Positions 1 through 10,050 are shown, numbered from the stretch's first letter. The stretch is 64,000 bases of DNA from an uncultured Flavobacteriales bacterium (GCA_964403835.1 CAYOHR010000001.1:5862-69861), one strand, 5' to 3'. Program-made: numbers and translations. The notes: a model not told the origin generated them from the sequence alone.

Positions 1-3000
1 AGTGGTCCTGGAGCTAAGATGGTTGGCAATATAACTCCGGGAGTAAGTTCTCGTTTCAACTTTGGCACCCCTACTTTTACTCCTTCGGTAGATTTACCTA
101 TGACAAATTTTACGGCAACCGGCCGGTTTACAGTAGGCGCCGAACTTTTGGTATTGCATCCAAATGCTTTTGTTTCAGGATATTTTTCTTCGCAAGTATT
201 GGCAGAAAATACTAGTAAAAATCCATCTTTTGGTTATATGCATTCCGAAGAAGGACAAAAAAACAATAGTGCCATTATGGATTTTAACCGTGAAAACGAT
301 GGAGGATTTACTCCCAACACGTTAAATATGCCCATAACCAATTACACGTATGATGTTTATGGTGTTTCCGGACAAGGAATTGGAGGAAGTTATAGACCTG
401 TTAGAAATGATATAGGCTATGTTTTTGATGCCGAAAGCTATTCAACCAGTGGAGATTTTTCATTAAGTGTTGAACTTGGAGTTGGGAATTCATTCCATGC
501 AGGAGGCGATGTTATGGTAAATACGGTAAATACGTATTCAAAACCATGGACAAATGACAACAAAGCCTCAAATTTATTGGCATTTCGTGCTACAGGAGCA
601 GATGACACATACGAAAAATTTTACTTTAAAGAAGCTTCCGAAAAAACGGTTGATCAAAACGCTAATTGGATTCCTTCCATTGGGGGTTATGAACCGGTTC
701 GAATCCAATTAAAAGAAAACAGCAAATACAATGTAGAGGGCTCTAATCAATTTATCGATAATAATAACGTTACTAAAGCTATTCCAAGCAATAACTACAA
801 AGCTATTCGTGATCCTCGCAGTCAGGTTATTTCTTATTTAACTTGGCAAGAAATGGCTGATTTTGGACTGGTTAACACGCTTAATCCAAGTAATTATCCA
901 AGTCATCACATTGCTGAAATATCTACATTAAATCCTTCGGGACAAAGATACGTGTATGGTATTCCGGCCTACAATAAATCTCAAAAAGAAGTAACTTTTG
1001 CAGTTGGTCAAACAGCAGCCTATGGCAATGGTCATACGGGCGATTGTCAATCAGGTTTAGTTAATTATACCGAGGGTATTGATAATAGCATGTCGAATAA
1101 ATTAGGTATTGATAATTATTACACCTCTACCACTACCCCTGCCTATGCGCACGCATACCTGCTTACCTCTGTTTTAAGTAACGATTATATTGATGTTGAT
1201 CAGGTAAGAGGCCCTAGTGATAACGATTTTGGATCATATACTAACTTTTATTATTCTAAAATCCCAAATTATAAATGGAGAACGCCCTTTCAGGATGCCA
1301 ATTATTCAGAAGGTTTAAAATCTGATAAAATGGACGATAAAGCCAGTTATATTTATGGTGAAAAAGAGCTTAATTACTTAGATTCTATTGTAACCAAAAA
1401 TCACATTGCCATTTTTTATAAAGATAATCGCGAAGATGGGTTTGGAGTAAAAGGAGAAGACGGAATATTAGAACCTGCAGTAGCTCAAAAAAAATTGACA
1501 AAAATAAGTCTGTTTTCTAAGCCGGATTATCGAAAAAATGGTGTTAATGCGGTTCCTTTAAAAGAAGTTCATTTCGAATATGATTATACTCTTTGTCCAG
1601 GCCTGCCAAACAACATAAATAATGGTGGTAAATTAACTTTAAAAAAGATATATTTCACCTATCAAAGCTCCTTTAAGGGCAAGTTAAATCCTTACGAATT
1701 TGTTTATTCTGATTTTAACCCGAGTTATAATATAAAAAACTATGACCGATGGGGCAATTATAAACCAAATCCAATCACTGGTAATTGCGCTATTTTAGAC
1801 TCTATTACAACCGCTGAGTTTCCTTATGCTGAGCAAAACCAAACTAAAGCAAATAAATATGCAAGTGCTTGGTCTTTAACAGGAATTAAATTGCCTTCCG
1901 GAGGAACCATGAATGTGGAATATGAAAGTGATGATTATGCGTATGTTCAAAATAAAAGGGCAGGGCAAATGTTTAAAATTGTGGGCAGTTCTCCAACCGT
2001 TCCCAATAGTTCAACTAATATTTCAACCTCACCGGCACTTCTCCCATTAAGTAATAACAGTGAAAAAAATCACTATTTAATTTTTGAATTACAACCTGGA
2101 TTTACAGATATTGATGAATATTTTAAAGATATTGATTTACTTTATTTCCGCTTTTTAATGTTGTTTGACAACACCAATAGTAAATATGACTATGTTTCAG
2201 GATATGCCGATTTAGGCACTAATAATCAGTCTACTAAAGGGGTTGTAAATATTGGTGGCGTTAGTTATGGTTATATAAAAATTAAATCTGTTTCTTTGGG
2301 TGACAATGGAAGTAATGCTGATTATAACCCTATTTGTAAAGCCGCTTTGCAATTTGGCCGATTACATTTATCCAAATTTATTTGGGATCAGCCGGGCATT
2401 TCTGACAACCTAGGTTTTGGAAAACAGATATTAGATGCCATTATTAATTCAAGCTTTGCTAAAAACATTGGCGAAACCATTAAAGGCCCTAACAAAAGTA
2501 TATGGGATAAAAGCCGAGGAAGAGATTTTATTGCTCAAAAATCCTTTTTCAGACTTAATAATCCAAATAAAAAGAAATTAGGAGGCGGTTGCCGCGTAAA
2601 AAAAATATATGTGAATGATGAATGGAGTACCATGACTCAAAACCAACATACATCAAACACTTATGGCCAACAATACTATTATAATCTTGAAGACGGAACT
2701 TCAAGCGGTGTTGCAGCCTATGAACCCCAGTTAGGAGGTGATGAAAACTCAATGAAACGGCCTGTTTTTTTCAAGCAGGAAAACACACTTGTCCCTGATG
2801 AGCAATTTTATCACGAAGAACCCTTTGGTGAAGCTTTCTTCCCATCACCAACCGTTGGGTATAGCATGGTTACCGTTAAAAATTTAGATAGACCTAATGT
2901 AAGCAGGCATGCTACCGGAAAAACCGTACATGAATATTATACATCGAAAGATTTTCCAACTATTACAAAACATACCTCTGTCGATTCTAAACATCACAAA

Positions 3001-4758
3001 TCAGACCCATTTAGTTTATCTTCTTTGTTTTCTATTAATGTGAAAGATTACATGACTGCTAGTCAGGGTTACTTGGTAGAGTTAAATGACATGCACGGAA
3101 AAGAAAAGGCACAAAAAATATTTGCCGAAAATAAAACAAGCCCAATAAGTGCTATTACCTATAAATATAAACAAGATCCGTATCTTGAAAATGCAAACAG
3201 ATTGCGAAATAATGCCCCTGTGATAGATCAGGAAGGAAATGTTTCTGAAAAAGAAATTGGCGTTTTTGTAGATGTGGTTGCCGACATGAGACAACAAAGA
3301 ACTGAAATGGCTAGTTATGGCGCTCAGCTTAACTTAGATGCGTTTTTTATTCCGCCTTTCTTTTTTATTCCACTACCTACCGTTTGGCCTTCGTATACAA
3401 GTGAAGCAACTCAGTTTAGAAGTGCTGTAACAACCAAAGTAGTACAAAAATTTGGTATGTTAGAAGAAACCATTGCCGAAGATTTAGGTTCAATTATTAG
3501 TACAAAAAATATTGCTTATGAAGCAAATACAGGCACTCCAATAATTAATCAGGTTACCACTAATTTTAATGATTTAGTTTACAATTCAACCCTACCAGCA
3601 TATTGGTTTTATGATGGAATGGGCTTGGCTTATAAAAACATTAATTTAAGCATGAAAAATGTATCGTTTAACAGCAGTGGTATTGCTACCGTTAATAACG
3701 CTACTACTTTTGCCGAAGGGGATGAACTTGCTCTATCAACAGGCGAAAAAGCTTGGGTTACCGCTGTAACGGCAAATACTATTAAATTACAAAAGAAAGA
3801 TGGGCAAGCTGTAAGTGGAACTTTTGATATTCGAGTACTTAAATCGGGTAGAAAAAATATTTTATCGGCAGATATGGCTACTATCAGTACCCTTACCAAC
3901 CCTTTAAATAATATTAAAAATAATATTTATGAAAATGTGTTGCACGCTTCTGCCATTGAATATTCGCAAATTTGGAGAACGTACTGCAACTGCATAGATC
4001 CAAGTTTAACCAACAATGATTTTAACTCTCTTATATTAGGAGTTCAAGGAAATTGGAGTCCTGTTAGAAGCCATGCGCACTTAGCAGGTCGAACACAAAG
4101 TAATTACAATAACCAAACCAATATCCGAAAAGACGGGGTATTTACCTCTTTTTCTCCCTTTTATAAATTAGATCCTAATAAAAAATGGGATAGAGATGCA
4201 CAAAATTGGACTTTTATAAGTCAAATTACCGAGTATACTCCTTATGGGCAAGAACTTGAAAGCAAAGATGCTTTAAACATATATTCTTCGGCCATTTTCG
4301 GTTATAATAGCACCATAGCTACTGCCGTTGGATCAAATACCAGACATCGTGAATTAGGGTTTGACAATTTTGAAGATTATGATTATAATCTATGTATTGA
4401 TGGGCATTTTAAATTTCCATCTAACGTGTCTATCAATAACACAAATGCACATTCAGGTACAAAAAGTTTAAAAGTATCAAGCGGAACACCCGTTGAAATG
4501 TCGAAAGATATTGTTGCTTGTGACTTTAGTGATTGCAACGTAGTATTAAATGGAGCAGATATTGGAAATAAATTTGTTATTAGCGTTTTTGGAGGTACCG
4601 GTCCGTACGAATTTGATTGGGAAATTTTAAGTGGCTCACCTACTATTTTACCTTCCATTAACCAAAATAGTATTGATGTTTCCGGGTCATCCTATTCAAT
4701 TACCGTTAAGGTAACTGATTATAAAGGATGTTCAATTATTAAGACGTATAATAAGTAA
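1..4758 (+). CDS. Giant secreted/surface protein, 5'-partial (continues upstream of the window); divergent YD/Rhs-like hairpin motifs; C-terminal SprB/Ig-type repeat; function unknown
   Basis: Frame 1 is open from nt 1 (SGPGAK precedes the first ATG at 19), so the true start is outside the window. 1579 aa are visible. Motifs: VHFEYDY, IYFTYQ, PSGGTMNVEYESDDYAY, YYYNLEDGTSSG, ITYKYKQD. The C-terminus is GGTGPYEFDW...VKVTDYKGC. I saw no enzyme or toxin motif. Confidence 0.7.
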   Translation, partial: SGPGAKMVGNITPGVSSRFNFGTPTFTPSVDLPMTNFTATGRFTVGAELLVLHPNAFVSGYFSSQVLAENTSKNPSFGYMHSEEGQKNNSAIMDFNRENDGGFTPNTLNMPITNYTYDVYGVSGQGIGGSYRPVRNDIGYVFDAESYSTSGDFSLSVELGVGNSFHAGGDVMVNTVNTYSKPWTNDNKASNLLAFRATGADDTYEKFYFKEASEKTVDQNANWIPSIGGYEPVRIQLKENSKYNVEGSNQFIDNNNVTKAIPSNNYKAIRDPRSQVISYLTWQEMADFGLVNTLNPSNYPSHHIAEISTLNPSGQRYVYGIPAYNKSQKEVTFAVGQTAAYGNGHTGDCQSGLVNYTEGIDNSMSNKLGIDNYYTSTTTPAYAHAYLLTSVLSNDYIDVDQVRGPSDNDFGSYTNFYYSKIPNYKWRTPFQDANYSEGLKSDKMDDKASYIYGEKELNYLDSIVTKNHIAIFYKDNREDGFGVKGEDGILEPAVAQKKLTKISLFSKPDYRKNGVNAVPLKEVHFEYDYTLCPGLPNNINNGGKLTLKKIYFTYQSSFKGKLNPYEFVYSDFNPSYNIKNYDRWGNYKPNPITGNCAILDSITTAEFPYAEQNQTKANKYASAWSLTGIKLPSGGTMNVEYESDDYAYVQNKRAGQMFKIVGSSPTVPNSSTNISTSPALLPLSNNSEKNHYLIFELQPGFTDIDEYFKDIDLLYFRFLMLFDNTNSKYDYVSGYADLGTNNQSTKGVVNIGGVSYGYIKIKSVSLGDNGSNADYNPICKAALQFGRLHLSKFIWDQPGISDNLGFGKQILDAIINSSFAKNIGETIKGPNKSIWDKSRGRDFIAQKSFFRLNNPNKKKLGGGCRVKKIYVNDEWSTMTQNQHTSNTYGQQYYYNLEDGTSSGVAAYEPQLGGDENSMKRPVFFKQENTLVPDEQFYHEEPFGEAFFPSPTVGYSMVTVKNLDRPNVSRHATGKTVHEYYTSKDFPTITKHTSVDSKHHKSDPFSLSSLFSINVKDYMTASQGYLVELNDMHGKEKAQKIFAENKTSPISAITYKYKQDPYLENANRLRNNAPVIDQEGNVSEKEIGVFVDVVADMRQQRTEMASYGAQLNLDAFFIPPFFFIPLPTVWPSYTSEATQFRSAVTTKVVQKFGMLEETIAEDLGSIISTKNIAYEANTGTPIINQVTTNFNDLVYNSTLPAYWFYDGMGLAYKNINLSMKNVSFNSSGIATVNNATTFAEGDELALSTGEKAWVTAVTANTIKLQKKDGQAVSGTFDIRVLKSGRKNILSADMATISTLTNPLNNIKNNIYENVLHASAIEYSQIWRTYCNCIDPSLTNNDFNSLILGVQGNWSPVRSHAHLAGRTQSNYNNQTNIRKDGVFTSFSPFYKLDPNKKWDRDAQNWTFISQITEYTPYGQELESKDALNIYSSAIFGYNSTIATAVGSNTRHRELGFDNFEDYDYNLCIDGHFKFPSNVSINNTNAHSGTKSLKVSSGTPVEMSKDIVACDFSDCNVVLNGADIGNKFVISVFGGTGPYEFDWEILSGSPTILPSINQNSIDVSGSSYSITVKVTDYKGCSIIKTYNK

Positions 4759-4763
4759 CAAAA

Positions 4764-6866
4764 ATGATTTTAAAACATAACATAAAAATTTCCTCTATAA
4801 ATTTATTTTTAATTGGAATATTCTGTTTTTTCGGTTATTCAATACAAGCTCAAAACTGCGGGTTAATAAATGCCTATGGTAATGCAGGCACTACTAAGTT
4901 TTTGGATGATCTTTTTTACGATGCTACCAATAACGAATTTGCAGGAGTGGGTAGATATGGTGATAAAATGTTTTTTACAAAAACAGGTGCTTCAGGAAAT
5001 GCTATTTTTACAAAAATTTATGATCGGAGATATCACCCAACTTCTATTATTAAAACCGGATCTAATTTCTTAATCCTTGCCGACTCTTCTGTTAGTAGTG
5101 CAAAAAAAGGAGATATTTTTTTAATGAGAACAGATAATGCCGGGCAAATTTTATGGTCAAAAAGATATTCCACACCAAACAGAGACCGAAATGCAAAAAT
5201 TATTGAGGTAGGTCCTAATCAATATTTCATATTATTTAATAAAACCAATATGGGTACCATTGAAGATTTATTTATCATTAAAGTTGATGGCTCAGGTTCT
5301 GTGATATGGAAAAGAGAATATAATTTTGGAAGTGATGATGAATTTTATAATTACATACCCAATGGCACAGGTGGTGTAGTAATGGTCGGAGGATTAAATT
5401 CCGGAACTCGCTCTGGTATTTTAGTAGAAGTAAATGGCAACGGAACAATAAGTCCCGGAAAGTCAAAGAGAATAAGAAATGCACAGTCAAATTTGATCAG
5501 CGAATTTTCTAATATTATTAAAACAACTGGAGGGTATTTAACTACCGGCGAAATTCCAAATCCTACTAATTCTTTCTCTATCGATTTGAGCCTTAAAAAA
5601 TTTGATACCAATTTTAATTTATTATGGAATAAAACCATTACGGTTAATACTACTGATTATCCCTTTATTGCTTTTAATGGTTTATCCGATGATGCTTCCG
5701 GAAATTTTTATGTTTGCTTAAAACAACCCATTTCGGGCGGAACGGTGGCTAAAATTCTTAAGTTTTCTAGCACAGGAGCTTTCAAATGGGCGAAAGAATT
5801 AAAAGGAATATCCTCCGTAAATTTGAAACAAATTAATAATGCATCTAGTAACAATATCATTCTATACGGAAATTACTCAAAAACAGGAGCGCAAGACTCT
5901 TTTCTGATTGCACGAACGGATACGTCTCTTGCAACATGCTTAACCGTACCAAGCAGCATTACTATTCAAGCGCCTTCTTCTTATACCGTAAGCGATTTAA
6001 ATTATACTGTTGGAGACAGTGCTTTAGTCATAATATCAGAAAACATTACTGAATCATCTGTAAGTTTACCTCCTTTTGATTTATGTAATACTTTTCTTGG
6101 CTGTAACGTTACAGGTGATTTTACATTTACATCTAATACATGTGTCGGGCAACCTATTCAATTTACAAATTTATCAAGAAACGCTAATGCACAAGCGCTT
6201 ACCCAATACAAATGGAATTTTGGTGAAGGAACTATTCAATCAGGTGTGGCTTCACCCGTTTTTTCTTATAGTGCAGCAGGCACTTACCTTGTAACATTAA
6301 TTGTTGGGTATGAGGAAAATTGCAATAATTGTTATGATACCGTACAAAAACAAATTATTATTTCAACCACTTGCGGAGGTTTAGATTGTGAAGAGTGTAT
6401 TGGTTCTTTTGCTCCAATACCCGGAAAAAAATATGTTATCAGTGCTTGGGCCAAAGAAGCGAATGCCCCTGCAACTAAAACAAGCTATACCACGCCTAAA
6501 ATACATGTACAATTTTTACCCGGTGGATTTGCAGGCCCTTTTAGCCCAAAAGGCTTAATTATTGATGGGTGGCAGCGTATTGAAGAGGTGTTTACAATTC
6601 CTTCTAATGCAACTAATATTAAATTGAGGCTTACCTCAACCAGCGGAGATGTTTATTATGATGATATTCGTATTTTTCCGTTTGATGGCAATATGAAATC
6701 ATTTGTCTATGACCCTGTTACATTGCGCCTTTCAGCAGAATTAGACGAGCAAAATTATGCTACTTTTTATGAATATGATGAAGAAGGAAAGCTAGTTAGG
6801 GTAAAAAAGGAAACTGAAAAAGGTGTAATGACCATTCAAGAAAACAAAACTTATCTTAAAAAATAA
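4764..6866 (+). CDS. Secreted protein: beta-propeller-type (SBBP-like) repeats + PKD domain + C-terminal jelly-roll-like region ending in a YD repeat
   Basis: Starts 5 nt after the upstream stop. Signal peptide LFLIGIFCFFGYSIQA/QN. At least six repeats of the type IFLMRTDNAGQILWSKRY / LFIIKVDGSGSVIWKREY. PKD signature YKWNFGEG...AGTYLVTLIV. C-terminal ATFYEYDEEGKLVRVKKETEKG. Confidence 0.8.
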   Translation: MILKHNIKISSINLFLIGIFCFFGYSIQAQNCGLINAYGNAGTTKFLDDLFYDATNNEFAGVGRYGDKMFFTKTGASGNAIFTKIYDRRYHPTSIIKTGSNFLILADSSVSSAKKGDIFLMRTDNAGQILWSKRYSTPNRDRNAKIIEVGPNQYFILFNKTNMGTIEDLFIIKVDGSGSVIWKREYNFGSDDEFYNYIPNGTGGVVMVGGLNSGTRSGILVEVNGNGTISPGKSKRIRNAQSNLISEFSNIIKTTGGYLTTGEIPNPTNSFSIDLSLKKFDTNFNLLWNKTITVNTTDYPFIAFNGLSDDASGNFYVCLKQPISGGTVAKILKFSSTGAFKWAKELKGISSVNLKQINNASSNNIILYGNYSKTGAQDSFLIARTDTSLATCLTVPSSITIQAPSSYTVSDLNYTVGDSALVIISENITESSVSLPPFDLCNTFLGCNVTGDFTFTSNTCVGQPIQFTNLSRNANAQALTQYKWNFGEGTIQSGVASPVFSYSAAGTYLVTLIVGYEENCNNCYDTVQKQIIISTTCGGLDCEECIGSFAPIPGKKYVISAWAKEANAPATKTSYTTPKIHVQFLPGGFAGPFSPKGLIIDGWQRIEEVFTIPSNATNIKLRLTSTSGDVYYDDIRIFPFDGNMKSFVYDPVTLRLSAELDEQNYATFYEYDEEGKLVRVKKETEKGVMTIQENKTYLKK

Positions 6867-6921
6867 TTCTCAATCCGTTTTTCATCTTTTTTTTATTACT
6901 TTGCATTCGAAATTGTTTTTT

Positions 6922-7116
6922 ATGAAAAATATTCTTTCCGCCTTTTTAGTAGTTATTTGTTGTCTTTCTTTCTCTTGCAAAAAGTGTTCAACCTGCACAT
7001 ATACTGATTCTGCAAAGGCTGTTACTACTACTTCTGAATTCTGTAGTACCGGGCATGTTTATAAGAATCAATTAGACCAATACGAGAAATCGGGTTGGAA
7101 ATGTGTAGATAAATAA
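6922..7116 (+). CDS. Small Cys-rich lipoprotein (64 aa)
   Basis: The ATG at 6922 gives MKNILSAFLVVICCLSFSC (lipobox LSFSC). The mature part has CKKCSTC...C...C. The track start at 6901 is a TTG extension. Confidence 0.55.
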   Translation: MKNILSAFLVVICCLSFSCKKCSTCTYTDSAKAVTTTSEFCSTGHVYKNQLDQYEKSGWKCVDK

Positions 7117-7303
7117 TGGTTTAAAACTATTATTTAAACTGAATCTACTTAAAATTAAATCTTAATTGTTTCCCTAATTTTGAAGGGCATGCCTATCGGT
7201 AATTAATGCAAAACCATTAATTATTAGGTATATAGCTTTTCCGATTTTCCGTTATACCGCCGGGGCTAAAGCTAGCAAAACTTGGATTTAATAATTCTAT
7301 AAA

Positions 7304-7891
7304 ATGGAAAATTACAAAGAACTAATTGAAAAAATTAAAATTGAGATAACGGGGGACAAATTTCTCATTAATCAATTAAAAAAAACAAAAGAATTATTGA
7401 ATTCCAATTCAATAAGTTCTTTAGAATCCAATACAAATCTCGCTTATTGGTTATATGTTTATGGACATGAAAATTTGGCTTTAAAATTATGCAATGTTCT
7501 TTCAACAACCGATTTTGATGGAAAATTTGATAAGTGGACTTGGGTAGAATATTCCATTTCACTTGCTATAATTATTTATGAGCAAAAAAAGTTAATAGAT
7601 AATGTAAATGCTTTATCTTCCATTTTAACTACACCCTACGACTCTATTGACAAGGAAAAAAAATTATTGAATGAGAAAGCACTTAATCGGCGTTTAAATG
7701 GTGATTTATTGTATACCGCTGAAATTGAGGAAGCCATAGATGATAAAAATGCTGAAGAAGAAATAGAATATCGGTTTTTGCAATTACAAGAACTATGTTT
7801 TATTTATGCAAAAGGAGGATCTAAAAAATTTCCGAGAGAGAAAGTAAAAAATGAAATTTCTGAAAATCTTAAAAAGATTAAAAGGAATTGA
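7304..7891 (+). CDS. Hypothetical protein (195 aa), possible immunity-type protein
   Basis: Clean ATG ORF in the AT-rich island with no enzymatic motif. The helical-repeat-like core NLAYWLYVYGHENLALKLCNVL...WTWVEYSISLAIIIYEQ recalls small immunity-associated families (from memory, unverified). Confidence 0.55.
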   Translation: MENYKELIEKIKIEITGDKFLINQLKKTKELLNSNSISSLESNTNLAYWLYVYGHENLALKLCNVLSTTDFDGKFDKWTWVEYSISLAIIIYEQKKLIDNVNALSSILTTPYDSIDKEKKLLNEKALNRRLNGDLLYTAEIEEAIDDKNAEEEIEYRFLQLQELCFIYAKGGSKKFPREKVKNEISENLKKIKRN

Positions 7892-7988
7892 TCATTAATG
7901 GTTTGCAAGCAACTAGAGCTAAATTAGAAGCAAAAGAGAATTATTGCATAAAGCTCATATGAAACTCAGTTGCTAATCTTAAAGTATA

Positions 7989-8363
7989 ATGAACATGGAA
8001 TATATGGATTATATTTTTTTATGGTTAGGTAAAACTGATAAACCGGAAACCGAATTTAACAATTATTTTAAATTAGACTATTCTAATGAAAATAAAATAT
8101 GTGGTTTTTGCATTGATATTGATCAAAAATGGTATGATGAAGACTTTATTGGATATTTGAAATTCGCAAATATTAAGAATATTTTAGAAATTTTAGATGA
8201 AGTCCCTATTAACCCATCTGAAAAAGACAAAGTACTCCAAAAGTGTAATGAAATTGACTTAAAAAAAGCAAATGCAGTCTATTGGTATTCAGGACTTATA
8301 GCTCCCAATTATGATAAAGATTATAACGGATTAAAATACATAGGAAGATATTTATTAGATTAA
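7989..8363 (+). CDS. Imm22-like immunity protein (124 aa)
   Basis: IFLWLGKTDKPETEFNNYFKLDYS...CIDIDQKWYDEDFIGY matches my recollection of the Imm22 family pattern (h-h-LW-h-G, Y-h-x-h-D-Y, YDEDF). Not confirmed by a search. Confidence 0.55.
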   Translation: MNMEYMDYIFLWLGKTDKPETEFNNYFKLDYSNENKICGFCIDIDQKWYDEDFIGYLKFANIKNILEILDEVPINPSEKDKVLQKCNEIDLKKANAVYWYSGLIAPNYDKDYNGLKYIGRYLLD

Positions 8364-8440
8364 TGGTAATTCCGCCTTTGGATTATCTTATAAGCACTTC
8401 ATAAGGCAAGGGTTTTAGCGTTTTCATGTTATAAAATTTT
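8341..8440 (+). repeat. Direct repeat copy A (covers the last 7 codons + stop of the Imm22-like gene and downstream spacer)
   Basis: 8341-8396 matches 10051-10106 with 2 mismatches over 56 bp. After a 30-bp insertion (8397-8426) the match resumes at tgttataaaattt (8427-) versus tgttataaattt (10107-). Confidence 0.9.
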
Positions 8441-8732
8441 TAAAAACCAAAACAACTAAAAAACTAGTGACAAACAAGAAAGGTTTAAAGGAGACACAAG
8501 AGAAATTGTACTTTATGATGGAAAAATAATAGAGTAATTTATGCCCCCGGCTCTATAAGAGGTAAATCTATACCCATGGACATAAAAGATAGGGCTAGTG
8601 ATACTTTAGATGATATTGAGTTATTTTTACAAAAATAGGATACCTTTATTCAAAGTAAAAGAGGAGAGTATAAAAAACGCCCACAAACAATGAGTATATA
8701 CCTATGACAGATTCCCTTTTTTAAAATAAAAA

Positions 8733-9041
8733 ATGATCGTTAAAATACATAATAATCTTAAGAAACAATCAACCATAATGGATGTTAATATTGAGATTAA
8801 ATTTATCAATGAAATACTCAAATTAGATAGGAGAGAAGTAGCTGAAAATGAAACTATTTTTTTTGAAATTCTTGAAATTCTTTCCACATCACATACACAA
8901 TCAATATTTGAAATAAACGAAACAAATATTAAAAAATTTCGAAAACTTAGTAATTGGATTAGAAGTTGGAAAAGAGAATTTAAATCGAAAGAAAATCTTT
9001 TGGAAGTCATTGCTTTAAATATGGAAGCAATTTTTTATTGA
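8733..9041 (+). CDS. Hypothetical protein (102 aa), weakly supported
   Basis: ORF on the same strand as its neighbours, ending at the start of the next ORF. A mirror antisense ORF of identical length (8702..9010) exists, so the coding status is uncertain. The region is very AT-rich. Confidence 0.3.
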   Translation: MIVKIHNNLKKQSTIMDVNIEIKFINEILKLDRREVAENETIFFEILEILSTSHTQSIFEINETNIKKFRKLSNWIRSWKREFKSKENLLEVIALNMEAIFY

Positions 9042-9076
9042 AAAAGATTAATTTTGTAAAAACCCCAAGCCCAAAA

Positions 9077-9640
9077 ATGCTTAAAACAATACCAATACTC
9101 CTGTTAATTTTTTTTACCAATTGTTCTCAAACAAACATCAATGATATGCAACCAACCATGAAATACGAAACTGCATTCAATTTATCTGTGAGTTATGGTG
9201 AGTCAAAACACCTTGATATTAAGGAAAGACTTAAGGTTAAAACCGACCAAAGGTTTAGGTTTGACTTTAATTCAACCGATATTTCTTATGATAAACGAGA
9301 CTCAACATTGGTCATCCGTTCTTGTATTGAGCGTGAAGGGGCGCCCAAAAGGGAAGATTTTCTTGCTGTTTTAGGAAATTTGAATCAAAAATATGCCCAA
9401 GAACTTGCTAATGGCTACTTAGAGTATGATGAATCTGCCTTAGAAGTAGACGGAATCGATCCGTATAGATTGAATATAAGGTATGATATTAAAGACGGAA
9501 GTTTTGATAAAAAAAATTTCATTGCAAAAGTGAATGAACTGCATATAGCCGCTAAAAGATGGGGTAACAAATATTATGATGCAGTTTATGAAGAACTGAA
9601 TAAAACATGGAAAAAAGACAGTACATTTAATAAAGAATGA
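9077..9640 (+). CDS. Hypothetical lipoprotein (187 aa)
   Basis: The ATG at 9077 gives MLKTIPILLLIFFTNCSQ (signal peptide + Cys). The track start at 9038 is a TTG extension. No recognisable domain. Confidence 0.6.
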   Translation: MLKTIPILLLIFFTNCSQTNINDMQPTMKYETAFNLSVSYGESKHLDIKERLKVKTDQRFRFDFNSTDISYDKRDSTLVIRSCIEREGAPKREDFLAVLGNLNQKYAQELANGYLEYDESALEVDGIDPYRLNIRYDIKDGSFDKKNFIAKVNELHIAAKRWGNKYYDAVYEELNKTWKKDSTFNKE

Positions 9641-10024
9641 ATGCCTCCCCACCCTATTCCAATTCTAGATATCGCAATAATAATAAACCAGTCTACTATG
9701 ATAATTTTTTCAACTTTCGAGGAATTGCTAAATAAACTATCAATTCTTGATGATGATGCTTTCTTTTATATCCCAATTGGTATTCCATTTAATCAGTTTA
9801 CTAAAATTGCATACATGAAGGAAGATGATGTGGATGAGTCTATAGAGATTAATGATGACTTAGTTCCGATTGAGATTCACAATGCAAACATGAAAAGCCT
9901 TATAGAAGTGACCACATTTAGAGATATTATTGATCTTTATTCAAAAAAGCATCCGAATGCTTCTAATGATGAATTCTTTCATGCACTTCTCTACTATTTA
10001 GAGCATGATGATTTTCTTGAATAA
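9641..10024 (+). CDS. Hypothetical small protein, possible immunity-associated family
   Basis: ATG directly follows the upstream TGA. An internal ATG at 9698 (MIIFSTFEELL) is an alternative start. The acidic middle and C-terminus FHALLYYLEHDDFLE resemble a small family I recall from immunity-gene neighbourhoods (unverified). Confidence 0.5.
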   Translation: MPPHPIPILDIAIIINQSTMIIFSTFEELLNKLSILDDDAFFYIPIGIPFNQFTKIAYMKEDDVDESIEINDDLVPIEIHNANMKSLIEVTTFRDIIDLYSKKHPNASNDEFFHALLYYLEHDDFLE

Positions 10025-10050
10025 TGAGGTTCTGCTGAAAAAAAGCAAAT

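Noticed and set aside
696-706. GGTTCGAATCC, the canonical tRNA T-loop/T-arm sequence
   Set aside because: It lies inside the giant ORF. The flanking bases (AACC...AATT) cannot form a T-stem, and no acceptor or anticodon arms are present. Chance match.
8702-9010. 102-aa minus-strand ORF mirroring the 102-aa plus-strand ORF 8733..9041
   Set aside because: Both cannot be real. In DNA this AT-rich (13 G+C in 60 nt), long open frames arise on both strands by chance. The plus-strand one at least fits the orientation and spacing of its neighbours, and even that is given low confidence.
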